Shown here: piece by piece, positions 25,543-39,024 of the stretch
Numbering within the stretch: position 1 is the stretch's first letter
Layout: every line of letters starts with the position of its first letter
Notes under the pieces: model-generated
What the model saw: only the letters and a program-made list of their open reading frames with translations
Databases searched by the model: none
What the model was told of the DNA's origin: nothing
Source: Octopus sinensis
Lineage: Eukaryota
Assembly: GCF_006345805.1 (NCBI RefSeq)
Contig: NW_021835383.1
Span: forward strand, 6,633-70,632
DNA: 64,000 nucleotides
Direction: 5' to 3'
Translations under genes and position numbers: made by a program

Positions 25543-25693
25543 TGTTGAATTTCTGCTGCTTAAAATAAAGCATATTACTCTACCACTGGTATTTGAGTAC
25601 TCTTTTTTCCACCTTGTTTCACATTTATATGTTTACTCCGGTATATATATATATATATATATATATTATCATACATATACACACACATATATT

Positions 25694-25744
<51 letters not shown>

Positions 25745-26209
25745 GGGAGAGGGAGAGAGTCGCGCACACGCACAAATGTACCGATATTTATCTATATATC
25801 TATCTATCTACCTATCCATCTGCTACGTAAATATGTATGCATTCATACATGGATGTATTTACGTCTGTATGTCTGTATGTATGCATGCATATACATTCAT
25901 GCTTTACTTACACACGCCATATAACGCTGATTCACAAACAAACAAGCACACATCAAATGGACTTCTGCACAGTTTCCGTCTAACAACCTATACTAGCAAA
26001 ATCTCAGTCAAATAAAACCTATGACAAAAATCACTTGTTCTAAATGTCACACAATCGGATAAACTCCCAAATCACGTGATTGCTTTATAAATATCCTAGC
26101 TAGACAGCCATTCCTACTTCCAAATTTTCCTACCTAGTCATAATATAACGATAGAGCAAATGAATTCTAGGGCATATATTAATAATATATGCGACTGTAC
26201 TATGCATAG

Positions 26210-26578
26210 GCGCAGGAGTGGCTGTGTAGTAAGTAGCTTGTTTACCAACCAAATGGTTCCGGGTTCAGTCCCACTGCGTGACAACTTGGGCAAGTGTCTT
26301 CTACTAAAGCCTTGTGAGTGGATTTGGTAGACGGAAACTAAAAGAAGCCCGTCGTATATATGTATATATATATATATATATACATGCGTGTGTGTGTTTG
26401 TGTGTTGCTTCACAACAGATGCTGGTGTGTTTACTTAGCGGTTCGGCAAAAAGAGACCGATAGAATAAGTACTGGGCTTACAAAAGAATAAGTCCGGGGG
26501 TCGAGTTGCTAGATTAAAGGCGGTGCTCCAGTATGGCCGCAGTCAAATGACTGAAACAAATAAAAGAGTAAAAGAGTA
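26210..26578 (+). mobile_element. SINE family B
   Basis: ggcgcaggagtggctgtgtagtaagtagc...ggcggtgctccagtatggccgcagtc...aaagagtaaaagagta. Confidence 0.9.
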
Positions 26579-27049
26579 TGCTATATAATAAATCTATAGG
26601 TTTCAGTGTGTGCTAATTTAAAAGTCTTTCTATAAAAATCACTTGAGCTACTGAGTACCCATCTTAACTACCCTTAGAATTTTGTGTCTATAACCATTAG
26701 TGTTAACAGCTTCAGGAAAATCGCAGAAGTCGATTTGCAGAAATAAAGCATTTCCAGTAGGTACTTCGATAAATAAATCACTGACTTGTTGGCTGTGTTT
26801 TGTCATAATGCTATTCTGTCTTGGTGCAATTGTTTCGATGCTATAGAGCATATTTACCAATTTTAGCCAACACTTCGTAAATAAATTATCTAAATAAAAT
26901 GACTCCGTGGACAGTTAAAGAGGTTGGTCGGTGGAGGAAATCGTATGGTTAAAACTCGTTCACAGTTTCCCCCGTTTTAGTCCGCAGAAAGAGACAGAGA
27001 GAGACAAAAAAAGAGAGAGAAAGAAAATGTACACAGCACAAATCATATC

Positions 27050-30000
27050 TGTTTCTTCTTTAACTTGGAGCTTTGTTTAAAATTTAAGATTTAATTTATG
27101 ATGTTTAAGATTTAGTTTACGATGTATTACAGTATCAAATCAAATCGTTGCGTTTGAGAAAACTTCTGTTGTAAGGACTGACATAAGTCTACAATTGACT
27201 TTTCTTCTTTTTTTGTGAATATATATCTTCCTATTAGGGAAAAGTCAGCTCTGTTCAATTTAAGATCAGAAATAGAGCTTCTAAGACTAAGGGCCTCCAC
27301 AAATGAGGAAAAATTTAAAAGCATCGACGAGGAGATGCACAATATAATACAGAAACATACCGAGGGACAACCCCTCGAAACTACATTAGATCATTGGAAA
27401 GATACCTGTGAAAAAGAGAGAGAAATTCTCTCCTGCGCTGGGAGAAAAACATCGATTTCTTCCAAAAATATAGTTCAACTTTCAAAATGAATTGGGTACA
27501 AATAATCCCTTCCTTAAGAAAATTACAAAAAATAAAAAGAAAACCAAGCAACCCACGAACAACCCCAACTGTCCTCCATACACTAAAAACAGAAATCACC
27601 CACAACCAACCTTTGCAAACCACGCAAGACCTAACAGGGAACTAGCTGACAGATGACGCGTCTATAAATAAATTACACCAAAACAGAACACACACCAACA
27701 ACATCCTAATACCAGACCCCAACCACCATACAGCACAAAACGACACTAGAATAAGAAATACACACACACAAGTCGCTACTACCCCATGAACCAAATTACT
27801 ACTGGTCCCCACTGAACACAAGACAAACGCAAAAAAACACTATGTCAAGCAACATCCCACATACAAGCAGTTCGAAACAAAAATATTTCACATACAGAAA
27901 TTTTAACACAACACCACAAACAAAAACAACCATAGATTCCCACACACACACAACGATCGGGGGCAACATACCACCATTCCCCCGACCCAATATCACACAA
28001 CCTCACAGACAACTCATACAAACAAAATTAAACCCCCCTTTTTTAGCCAGGGACCAGAGACACCAGGACACAGGCTGGAACCTAGTAATAAGGAAAACCG
28101 AAGATAATCAATCTTTCAACCAAACCTCTTTCTAACATAAAAATTGACATCCTCTCAAAAGGGCTCAAATTTACACCAACTCCACGCAGAGCCAACCTAA
28201 ATGAATCAAGGATAATATAACAGAATTTTGCAGAAAATTAAGACTAGCAGAAGCATCAACCAGTTTCAATACTGAAGATGAATCACTAGTCAAGAACAAA
28301 AGTGAACACATCCCACACAGAGGAAGAAATAAAGATCTTGACGAATTCTGTAACCCATTGAGACTTTCCCTACCATACTATACATAAACAGAAAGTTAAC
28401 TCAAATTTTAACACTACACAGGAAGAACTGATAGAACTTCAAAATGATGAGGATATAACCATAAAGGAAGCAGACAAGGGAAATGCAGTTGTAATAATGG
28501 ATACATCATACTACAGAAATCTTGTAATTTCCTTGCTTGATGACGACCTACATTATGAAAAAATTACCAACTACACCCCACAAAAAATAATGAAAACTCT
28601 ATCTTCACTAATGAAGATAGTGAAGTTCCATGAAAAGGAACTAACAACCAAAGAGATTGACTTTCTAACAAACTTTAAATGCAAACCTAGCCTTTTCTAT
28701 GGTCTGCCAAAATTTCATAAAAGTCAAATTATAAATGAAACCATTAAAAAAATCACCAAAGACATACATACACACACCTAACTCGGGGGACCTAAAACTA
28801 CGACCCATTGTAGCTGGCCCAACCTGTGAAACACACAGACTAAGTCTATTTATGGACATCCTCCTGAAACCCTTCCTTAAACATATCGATAGCCATATCA
28901 GAGATGACTTAGATATGTTAAACACCTTCCAAAAAAAGCCAAGGAAGAAACAATCCTGGTTTCATTTGATGTAGTTAACTTTATACCAGTATACCTCATA
29001 ATTATGGACTAGAGGCAATACAGTTCTGGCTGGACCAATTTCCGGAAGAAATACCAAAAAGGATCAGTAAAGAATTCATTACTAAATCAATTGAATTCGT
29101 CCTACACAATAACCACTTCATGTTTGACAATACATTTTACCGTCAAAAATCCAGAATTGCTATGGGTACAAGGGCAGCACCAGTCATTACGAACCTAACA
29201 ATGGGCTACATGGAAATAATCATTTACCAGGAATCTTTATCAATCTTTGGAAACCCCCTTTCTCAATACGTAAAGAGAAATGGAAACGATTCTTAGACGA
29301 TTGTTTTATACTCTGGAATGAAAACACAGATAAACTCCTAAAATTTAAAAACCTATTGAACAGCATAAACCCAAATATACAGTTCACAATGGAATACAAC
29401 CAAAAGGCTCCCGTTCTTGGATATACTAATTAAAAAAATTAACCTTAAAATAGAAACAGACATTTTTTACAAAGCCACAGACGCCAAGCAATACCTTCTT
29501 TTTATTCATGCCACCCAAGACACACTAAAACAAACATCGCCTTCAACCTTGCAAGAAGGATATGCACAATAGTGTCAGAACAAAATACCAGGACTTTAGA
29601 CGGCAGGAACTCAAAAACACCCTAATTGACAGACATTACCCAGCTCAACTCATAGAGGATGGGATCAGACTGTGTAACAGAAATCAACATAGAACTTAAG
29701 AAAAGTTCAACACAACAACACACCTTCCCCGAAAATACTACCTTACGTATCTACATACAACCCCAGAAACAAAGAAGCCTTCACCATCATCACCCAGATT
29801 TACCAATACTCATAAGGACCCCAAATTAAAGGAAATTCTAAACATACACCAAATCATTAAAAGCTACAAACAACCTAAATCACTTAAAAAGATTCTCACA
29901 AGGGCAAAATTGTCTTCTGAATTACGGATGCAAAAGTAAAAAAATGTGGTAGATCGACTGTGCAACATGTCCAAACCTGCTAGAAGGATCAGAATTCCTC

Positions 30001-30700
30001 TTTAAAGAGGGACAGAAATTCAAGATCAAATCTAACTTACTTGTGCCTCTGAAAACATAATTTATGTCATAAAATGCTCGGGCTGCCACCAAGACTACGT
30101 GGGATCCACGGGACTATCATTCAGACGTAGATGCACACTGCATCGACAACAGATTGCATTCCCAGAATACAGAATGATACCTTTTAGTGAGCACATTGAG
30201 AAATGCGCAAAGCAACTACTACCACAATTTTTAATCTTTCCATTTTACCAATGTGCTTTCGGATCGTCAACACAAATTAGACTAAACAAGGAAACATTCT
30301 TCATTGAAAAGTACAAGCCCAGACTTAACCATCCTAACATACTGATACAGAGAAATTCACACCAAGGGAAAGGTAATATTTTTTAAGCGATTATCTCCCT
30401 TACACCGGAAGAAATCACTCATTACCTCCCCTTATTTAGAACTCTTCTGAACATAAACGTAACGATAACTCTGTCCAACATAAACATAACGTCGCAAGAA
30501 ATTTGAAAAGCTAAACGCGAAACCAGTCTTTCTTCTAAACTATGTCATTATAAGAGAAACATTTTTTTTTAATATTCTTCAGACATATTGACGCAAATAT
30601 ATATTTTTTAACATTTAAGCCTTCTGTAGCTTTTTCACTTTTTACTATTTTCTATATATTCAACCACGTGCTTTCACAAACCAACTTTCTTATATATATA
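27050..30700 (+). mobile_element. Penelope-like element (RT + GIY-YIG endonuclease), near complete but frameshifted
   Basis: DILSKGLKFTPTP, KEADKGNAVVIMD, FYGLPKFHK, LRPIVAGP, LVSFDVVN, IAMGTRAAP, WKRFLDDCF, QFTME; NIIYVIKCSGCHQDYVGSTG...FIEKYKPRLN. The 5' boundary is uncertain. Confidence 0.92.
30496..30534 (+). ncRNA. Decayed minimal HHR in the Penelope 3' terminus (U3-A8 core)
   Basis: AAGAAA-t-TTGAAAA-GC taaac GC-GAAA-CCAG-TC-TTTCTT. Confidence 0.5.
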
Positions 30701-31158
30701 TATTATATATATAATATATTATATATATATATATATATATAATATATATATATATATATGTATATATATGTATGTATATATATATATATAAATATTATAT
30801 GTATACATATATCTATATATATATGTATATTTATGTTTTATATATATATACATATGTATATGTATAGAATTTAATATTAAAATATAAATTACAAAGTGGG
30901 ACAAGGCGCAAAAAAAAAAACACAACAGAGAGACGACACAAAAAACCGACCGGTCACTCGAAGCCTCTAATCTTCAGTCGGGAACCGGATCATCTTAGTA
31001 ATTTCGGCTGTTTACATACATACATACAGACAGACATATATATATATATATAAATATATATATATATATTATATGTATACATATACACATATATGTATAT
31101 TTATGTATATATATATACATGTATACCTATGATATGTACATACATACAGATTATATAT

Positions 31159-31217
<59 letters not shown>

Positions 31218-31249
31218 GATATATATATATATTACATAGATATATAGAT

Positions 31250-32260
31250 CAATAAATGGTGGGGTTGTGTTGACCGCACGTGGAGAAATGATAAGCAAGG
31301 AAAAATTGTAAAAAGGCAGAATGCTAAATTGAAAGACAATTTTAATGAAAATGGGTGTATGGAAAAAGGTTTTGAAAAATTGATAAAATATATATATATA
31401 TATTAATTCAAACCGGTTTTCGTCATAATGTAACTTTTCAAGAATTGTAAAGAGAAAAATATTTTTTTAAATGTGAGGAGGGAGAAAAAAGAAAATTACA
31501 TTGTTTTTTGCAAAAAAATAATAATAAATATATACAAAAATTAAAAAATAGGTACTCCGATACATTGTAAAGTCTTTGTGTATCTTGAGTTTAATGATTG
31601 TTCACGAAAAAATTACCTTGAAGAATTGAGATCCAATGGGATTAAATCCATGTGTTGTTTAATTTAAGTGGATGGCAAAACAGGAAGTAGTAGTAGTAGT
31701 CCAGTTCCTGTGTTGTGAATAAGGGGAGACAACTCTATGGGTTTTAAGCTCTTCAATTTGTGTATATCAATTTTTTGTAATAAAGGGTGTAATAAACCAT
31801 TAAATTATAAAATTATCATTTTAGCTTCATTGCATTAACTTTTTATATAATTGTTTGCTAACTTAACATTCAGATTTTAACACTTTATTTATATATTTTC
31901 TAATTATATAAATTTGCATAAGCCAATTATAATTACATTTCAGATTGTTATGTCATATATAATAAAAATGATAGTAATAATAACAACAATAATAATAATG
32001 ATATTTAAAGAATGTAAGTTTAGCTTGAAGTGATGACTGCATTGTATCCTTATATGTTTGTGTTAGTCATCCATGAAGAATGAGGTAGAGAAAAAGAAGT
32101 ATGATCAACGAGGAGTTTGCATATTAAGATGCGTTTTGAATTTTCAATAAAGAGATTCTCCTTGTTAATTCTCTCCTGTGTAGTGATCCGTCTTTACATT
32201 AGTAGAAGGGGAATATGTAGAACTTGGGATTTTTGTCTTTAGCGCATGAGTCTATGTGGT
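31250..32260 (-). mobile_element. Penelope-like 3' fragment (endonuclease C-terminus + terminal region)
   Basis: Minus strand 32110-32260 gives DHIDSCAKDKNPKFYIFPFY...INKENLFIE, similar to the end of the 27050-30700 element. Confidence 0.65.
31405..31446 (-). ncRNA. Minimal type I HHR with U3-A8 covariant core
   Basis: AATTC-TTGAAAA-GTTA catta TGAC-GAAA-ACCGGT-TT-GAATT; palindromic stem III AACCGGTT. Confidence 0.7.
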
Positions 32261-32262
32261 CA

Positions 32263-32296
<34 letters not shown>

Positions 32297-32374
32297 TATT
32301 TTGTTTATCGACCTGGTATTATTGTAGGAGAGCGAAGGCGCGTTATTTTGTGGTCAGGTTATTCAGCTCATGAT

Positions 32375-32650
32375 CGTTAGGTCGTCATTTCGATACTCGG
32401 TGCCGCGTTGTGTTCTTGAGCAAGACATTTTATTTCACGTTGCTCCAGGTCACTCGTCTGGCGTATATGTGTAGTAACTGTCTTTCAAAAGTTCAGCTTT
32501 GTCACATTCTGTGTCACGTCGAATCCCCATTGAGAACTACGTTAAGGATATGCATGTCTGTGGAGTACTCAGCCACTTGCACGCTAATTTCACGAGCAGG
32601 CTGTTCCGTTGGCCGGATCAGACAGAACACCCGTCGTCATAACCGGTGCA
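32375..32650 (+). mobile_element. SINE family C (decayed)
   Basis: gttgtgttcttgagcaagacattttatttcacgttgctcc...gtggagtactcagccacttgcacg; homologous to 58330-58652 (minus). Confidence 0.8.
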
Positions 32651-32764
32651 GCACCATTTATCATAATTATTTTTAATGAAAGAGGAAGCTGATCTTCGAG
32701 ATATAAAACCAGAGACCAGCGACTCAAAATTAATACAACTAAAATATTCGTTTCTACTCGAGGT

Positions 32765-32905
32765 ACAAAGCCTGAAATTTTGGGGTGAGTGAGGGGGTGG
32801 GGGCGTCGATTAAATACACCCCAGGACGCAACTCATACTTAATTTATCAACACTGAAATGATAAAAGGCAAAGTCGATCTCGGTAGAATTTGAACTCAGA
32901 ACTGA
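32765..32905 (-). mobile_element. SINE family A, partial
   Basis: gataaaaggcaaagtcgatctcggtagaatttgaactcagaac. Confidence 0.75.
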
Positions 32906-33272
32906 CAGCTAAAATATTCAAGTGATACATGTAGTTGATTATTGTCGTTCGAAAATAATGCTTCTGGATGGGCATGGCTGGGTGCGTTCTATTACAGATA
33001 TGTTGGATTAAAGCTCGACAGGGTTTCCATAATACACACATATTTCACACGTATATATGCATACATACATATATACATACATACCACAAATATACACATG
33101 CATAAATACATACATTTATGTATAAGTATCAACGTGTCTATATGCGAGTGCGTGTGTGCGTGCGGGCGCGCGTGTATGTGTGTATGTACACACACACACA
33201 CACACACACAGACATGCATACAGATACTTTCATGCATTTGTGCGAGCATGCATACACCTAAATATATACATA

Positions 33273-33311
<39 letters not shown>

Positions 33312-33335
33312 ATATATATATATAATATATATATC

Positions 33336-33371
<36 letters not shown>

Positions 33372-33991
33372 GTATATATGTTATATATATATATATATAT
33401 ATTTATGTAATATATATACATATATATATATATTATAATATATATTAATATATATATGTGGTGTGTTGTGTGTGTGTGTGTGTGTAGACATACATGTTTA
33501 CAATAATATATGCAAATATATATCTACCTACACATAGACATACATGCATGTACATACATACAGACACCCGCATACACACATTCACACATACATCGCTGCG
33601 CTGACTCTGCTGGAGAATTCTGAAACGGATGCAAGTGTCTGTGGAATTAGATGCTCTGTCGATTCCGCCAATTCGTCTTGCACACACACAAACACATTCT
33701 AATATGTATATAACACACACACAGAACACACATATATATATACACATATATATATATATATATATATATATTGTGGTGTGTGTGGTGTGTTAGTATATAT
33801 GCTGAATGTGTGTAAATATACATACATATATATATAAATTATATATTTTATATATATATGTATATGTCTACACACACACACACATATATATATATATGTA
33901 TGTATGTATACATGCATGAATGTGTGTATAAATATACATACATATATATATATATTATATATCTTATATATATATATATATATGTATATGT

Positions 33992-34030
<39 letters not shown>

Positions 34031-34849
34031 TGCATTCGTACTATACTTCTGCACGCCGTGTCACGCTGATTCCGCCAAAGGATTACGTCGCGGGTACCCT
34101 TGACTGTGGAATTACTCAACCACTTACAGCATGATTCCATGTTTCGTTCATTCGGTTGACAGAACATCTGGAATCCTCATTCCTCGAAACCGATGCTAGA
34201 TCCATTCACAAACGTGTCTATGGCTCTCTGTCTGTGATTAGTGTGTATATATATATTAGGTGCATGAGTATGTGCGCGTGTTTGTATGTGTGTATGTGTG
34301 TATGTGTGAAGAAATGCATGTTTGTTTAGGAATGTGTATTTTTAGTTGTGTAATCGCAAAATTCTTTAAGTTCAAAACTGTTTATGTAACTTATGGTGGA
34401 GCGATATAATTTCTGAAGGAATGTGACTAAATCCATCGGTATTTCGTAAGAGAGAAACGCAAGAATTTGCACCAAAAATATCATTGTGACTCTTGTTTCA
34501 TTTGTTGTTGATATTTTCATTGTTAATCTTAGGGATGTCAATGTTGGCATTTAACCCTAGGTCGGTAGTGATGAAGCAGAGCAGTGATCAAAAACATTCA
34601 GTTATGACACCTTTGATACCTTCATACTGTCCTTTCTGACTATAATAACAGCCCGTCATCAACTACATAAATAAGAATGATTACGAGAATGGAGGTGCTG
34701 GTCTCTTGCATTCCCAGAAAACGGTTCTGCAATTTCTTGCTGAGAAACCAGCACAAATCATTCGTTGATGGTGATCGATTCCGTCCATCAAATCGACGTT
34801 GCCTGATCAGGTGCACAGCGTACCACGTTTTAGGTGTCAAAGTGATCGC

Positions 34850-34963
34850 AAAGCAATGCGAGATGAAGAGTTTTGCTCAAGACTATAACGTGCTTCTCGA
34901 TCCGGGAATTGAAACCTCAATCTGAAGATCATAAGTGCAACACTGTAACCACTAAGCCACGTG
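34850..34963 (-). mobile_element. SINE family C head
   Basis: Minus strand ggccacgtggcttagtggttacag...ggtttcaattcccgg...gtcttgagcaaaac. Confidence 0.7.
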
Positions 34964-34964
34964 G

Positions 34965-35250
34965 CCGATTATTAACGATTTCGTTTATTTGCCACGAGGG
35001 CGAAGGACGGGAGGGGGGCAATACAAAGGCAGACATAAAGTGTTGGGGGTTTACATATAATGAAATCATAAAAAAAGGACAGAAAGAAAGAAAGTGTACA
35101 CGGCATACTCCGGGAGAGAAGGGGCATATGCATAGCATACAAAGGTAAAAAAAAAGGGGAGGATGATAGAAATGTGGCCCTCCTGATACTGGAAGACCTC
35201 TAGGGATAATAGAGGAACCTCACTGTCTGAGATTTCCCTGAAACCCCGAG
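34965..35250 (-). mobile_element. Tx1-type LINE 3' UTR fragment
   Basis: Minus strand ttatgtctgcctttgtattgccccc...gtggcaaataaacgaaatc is homologous to 8990-9053. Confidence 0.6.
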
Positions 35251-35484
35251 AACAAGCTAACAATATAACAGCATCAATATCATTCTACATGAGATAAAGC
35301 CTCTATGCGGTCGTTCACCCAGCTAGAAATAGCAGCGCTGTAATATAGCAGATTCAATTCCTTTCCAGTTTCACATTTCCACAGTCCCTGAAGATATGTG
35401 AACTGATGTACCTTGCTTAAGAACACAATGCTTCATCCGGGAATCGAATGTTATGACCTTACGATTGTGAGTACATGTTATGAA

Positions 35485-35801
35485 TTCTTCTTTCTTTTCG
35501 CCCTTTTCAAGCCTAGCCAGGCTCATGGGCCCGGTTTCCCGGTTTCTATGGCGTATGTGTTCCCCCCTGCTGGACGGGACGCCAATCCATCGCAGCGTTA
35601 CTCAAGAAACAGGAAGAAAGAGTGAGAGAAAGTTGGGGCGAAAGGGTAAAGCAGGGGTCGCCACCACCTCCTGCCGGAGCCTCGTGAAGTTTCTAGGTGT
35701 TTTCGCTCAATAAACACACACAACGCCCGGTCTTGGAATCGAAACCGCGATCCTCTGACCGCGAGTCCGCTGCCCTAACCACTGGGCCATTGCGCCTCCA
35801 C
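35485..35801 (-). mobile_element. tRNA-derived SINE family D, full length
   Basis: Minus strand: A-box TGGCCCAGTGGTTAGG, B-box GGTTTCGATTCC, tail gatggattggcgtcccgtccag. Confidence 0.85.
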
Positions 35802-35929
35802 ACATGTTTTGAATACAGGATTGTAAATATTTATCTAATTTTCTTTCGGTTTTTTTTTTATTTATTTATTTATCTTTTGCTGTTCTTAGGAAACGAAAAA
35901 GATAAACATATTCGGGTCTCGGATAATTT

Positions 35930-37030
35930 CGAGACGTACCTGTACAATTTTACGGTGCATTTGTACCATTTCGTGACACACCAATATTAATTTCACTACA
36001 TGTCTCTATAATTTTTGTAATTATGTAATTCTGGTAATTATATAATATTGGTAACAAATTTGTATAGCGGTGCACTTGTGCTATTTTTCACCACACGTGA
36101 ACAATTTCACACATTCACAGACACACGCACACTCGCACGCCTACACAAACACGCACATAAACACATCTATATAATTATTTCAGGAACCTGTATAAGTATG
36201 CAACATCTATGATTTCACAACACACCTGTGTAATCTCGTGACATATTTGTACAAAGACAAACTTGTATTATTTAATGGCATCCTTGTATACTTTCGCAAC
36301 TCACCTGCACAATTTCATAAATCACCTACATTAGTTTGTAACACACAGGCACGATTTCTCAGCTCATTTATCTAATTTCTCAACACACCTGTATAGCGGC
36401 GTACGTGTACGATTTCATGACGCTCCTGGATTATTTCACAACACACCTGTACAGTTGCATGATACTCGTGTGTAATATCCGTAACACACCTTTGTCTCGG
36501 TGCATCTCTCAGAGCTCATGACACTCGTGTATAATTTCGCAACACACCTATAGAATTTCATAGCACACCTCTGGAATTGTTTAACACACTTCTGTTATAC
36601 ATTGACGTACCGGTATAATTTTGCAATACACCTGTGTAGTTTTGCAGTTCATTAGAATTCCGGCATACCAGTAATCATTCGGAACACAAATGTGTAATTT
36701 CGCAACACACCTATAGAATTTCATAGCACACCTCTGAACACACTTCTGTTATACTTTGACGTACCGGTATAATTTCGCAACACACCTATAGAATTTTATA
36801 GCAAACCTTTGAAATTGTTCAACCCACTTCTGTTATACTTTGACGTACCGGTATAACTTTGCAATACACCTTTACAGGTATGCAGTTCATTAGAATTCCG
36901 GCATACCAGTAATCATTCGGAACACAACTGTGTAATTTCGAAACACACCTGCAAAAACGTGCATCAGCATGACTTCAAGAAACCCATGCAAATTTTGCAT
37001 TTCTCCTGCACAGTTTCACAACAGGACTGT
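35930..37030. repeat. Degenerate ~21-bp minisatellite (acacacctgtataatttcgca) with higher-order block duplications
   Basis: Recurrent acacacctgt/taatttc; block gcagttcattagaattccggcataccagtaatcattcggaacacaa at ~36645 and ~36880. Confidence 0.85.
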
Positions 37031-37118
37031 GAACTTTATAACAAATTTTTAGTTTCACGACGTAACTTCCTAATTTCGAGGCATAAACATGAGTTTCATT
37101 GACATTCTATGTTATGTA

Positions 37119-38075
37119 CAGATTGTCCCTAAAGTCTGGTCACATAGGCAAAATGTATATTTCCAAGAACTACACGTAAAAAATTCAGCAACTGCAAATA
37201 TCAACAAATAACAACTCCAAAAAACGATTTCCACTCTTTGTGATGCAGAGGAGAATGCGCTTTGAAACGATTTACGTAAACCGGATACAGTAAATCCGCA
37301 CGGCCGTCAAATTGAACATGCCATCATATTTAATCTGTGGAAATAAAAAAAAATAATAAAAAAAGCAACAACATATAATGAGTAAAAAAATATATAGGTA
37401 AAATATAATATATAAAATATATATATATAAGGTGTATTATATTGGCACAGGAGTGACTGTGTGGTAAGAAGCTTGCTTCCCAACCAGATGGTTCTAGGTT
37501 CAGTCCCACTGCGTGGCCCCTTGGGCAGGTGTCTTCTACTATAGCTTCAGGCCAACTAAAGCCTTGTGAGTTGATTTGGTTGACGGAAACTGAAAGAATC
37601 CCGTCGTATATATTTATATATAATTTTTTTTTGCTGAACCCTAATTATAAAAAATAATGTTTAAATTTACCGTAAATGGTCCTTTTACATACTTGAACAC
37701 TGCTTGGTAAACTATTAATTACTAATAATTCATTAATTTTATATACTTATTATTATTAGATTATATTATATATATATTATATATATATGTTCGTATGTCT
37801 CTGTTTGTTCCCTCACCGTCGCTTGACAACCGATGTTTACGTCCCCTGTGACTTAGCGTTTCGGCAACAGAAACCGATAGAGTAAGTACTAAGCTTACGA
37901 AGAATAACTCCTGGGGTCGATTTGTTCGGATAGAGGCGATGCTCCAGCATGGCCGCAGTCAAATGACTGAACTAAGTAACAGAAAGAAGAAAGAAAGAAT
38001 AAAAATATGTATAATATTTAAGCAAGGAATTGTAGTTAATGAGATTTCTTATGACCAAACTTTAGGGACACTCTG
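37119..38075. mobile_element. Tc1/mariner-type MITE, 24-bp terminal inverted repeats (TIRs), TA TSD, carrying an inserted SINE B
   Basis: TA-cagattgtccctaaagtctggtca ... tgaccaaactttagggacactctg-TA (2 mismatches). Confidence 0.8.
37447..37990 (+). mobile_element. SINE family B with expanded AT-rich middle
   Basis: Head at 37447-37610 and 3' module at 37800-37990. Confidence 0.85.
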
Positions 38076-38192
38076 TACTATGCCCCCAATCGTAACTGAC
38101 AAGATGATTACGCTGGATGGGCATGGTTGGAGGCGTTCTGTTATAGATAAGTTAGATTAAAATTCGAAAGAGATTCCACAATACACATACCT

Positions 38193-38414
38193 ATTTCTTT
38201 ACTACCCACAAGGGGTTAAACATAGAGGTGACAAACAAGGACAGACAAACGGATTAAGTCGATTACATCGACCCCAATGCGTAACTGGTACTTAATTTAT
38301 CGACCCCGAAAGGATGAAATCAAAGTCGACCTCGGCGGAATTTGAACTCAGAACGTAACGGCAGACGAAATACCACAAGGCATTTTGCCCGACACGCTAA
38401 CGGTTCTGCCAGCT
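38193..38414 (-). mobile_element. SINE family A with 14-bp TSD
   Basis: caatacacatacct (38179-38192) and caatgcacatacct (38415-38428). Confidence 0.9.
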
Positions 38415-38769
38415 CAATGCACATACCTGAGCAGAGATCTGCGTGATTAACCTTCTGCTAGTCCAATGTATTTTCGTAAATTTTCCCTCATGGTCTATGC
38501 TTGTTTACAGACTTTTAGTTAGCCTCTATTTCGTACGTTCTGAGTTATATATGGCTTCCTTTTCATAAATCTCAAATTCCTCTTGCGGCTGGAAGAAAAA
38601 ATAATTCTGAATGTGTATCATATATGAGGCATGGACGCCAGGGGGAAAATGTTTCGGGTATCATATGTGATACAAAGGACAGGGCAAATGTTAAGGCTCA
38701 CCTTGGGCTAAAAAATTACCAAAACACAACAACAACCAAAACAATGATAACAACAACAACAACAATATT

Positions 38770-38985
38770 TTAAACTTTTATTTGTTTCAGTCATTTGACT
38801 GCGGCCATGCTGGAGCACCGCCTTTAGCCGAGCAAATCGACCCCAGGACTTACTCTTTGGAAGCCTAGTACTTATTCTATCGGTCTCTTTTGCCGAACCG
38901 CTAAGTTATGGGGACGTAACCACACCACCATCGGTTGTCAAGCGATGTTGGGGGGAAAAACACAGACACACAAACATACACACAC

Positions 38986-39024
<39 letters not shown>

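Larger units (their letters stand above)
25417..25570. repeat. 154-bp near-perfect palindrome (arms 74/73 bp, 7-nt loop)
   Basis: Arms differ by two substitutions and a 1-nt indel. Confidence 0.95.

Noticed and set aside
35700-35801. tRNA gene
   Set aside because: A/B boxes are present but continue into a SINE body without a 3' acceptor stem; the same holds for all other tRNA-like heads.
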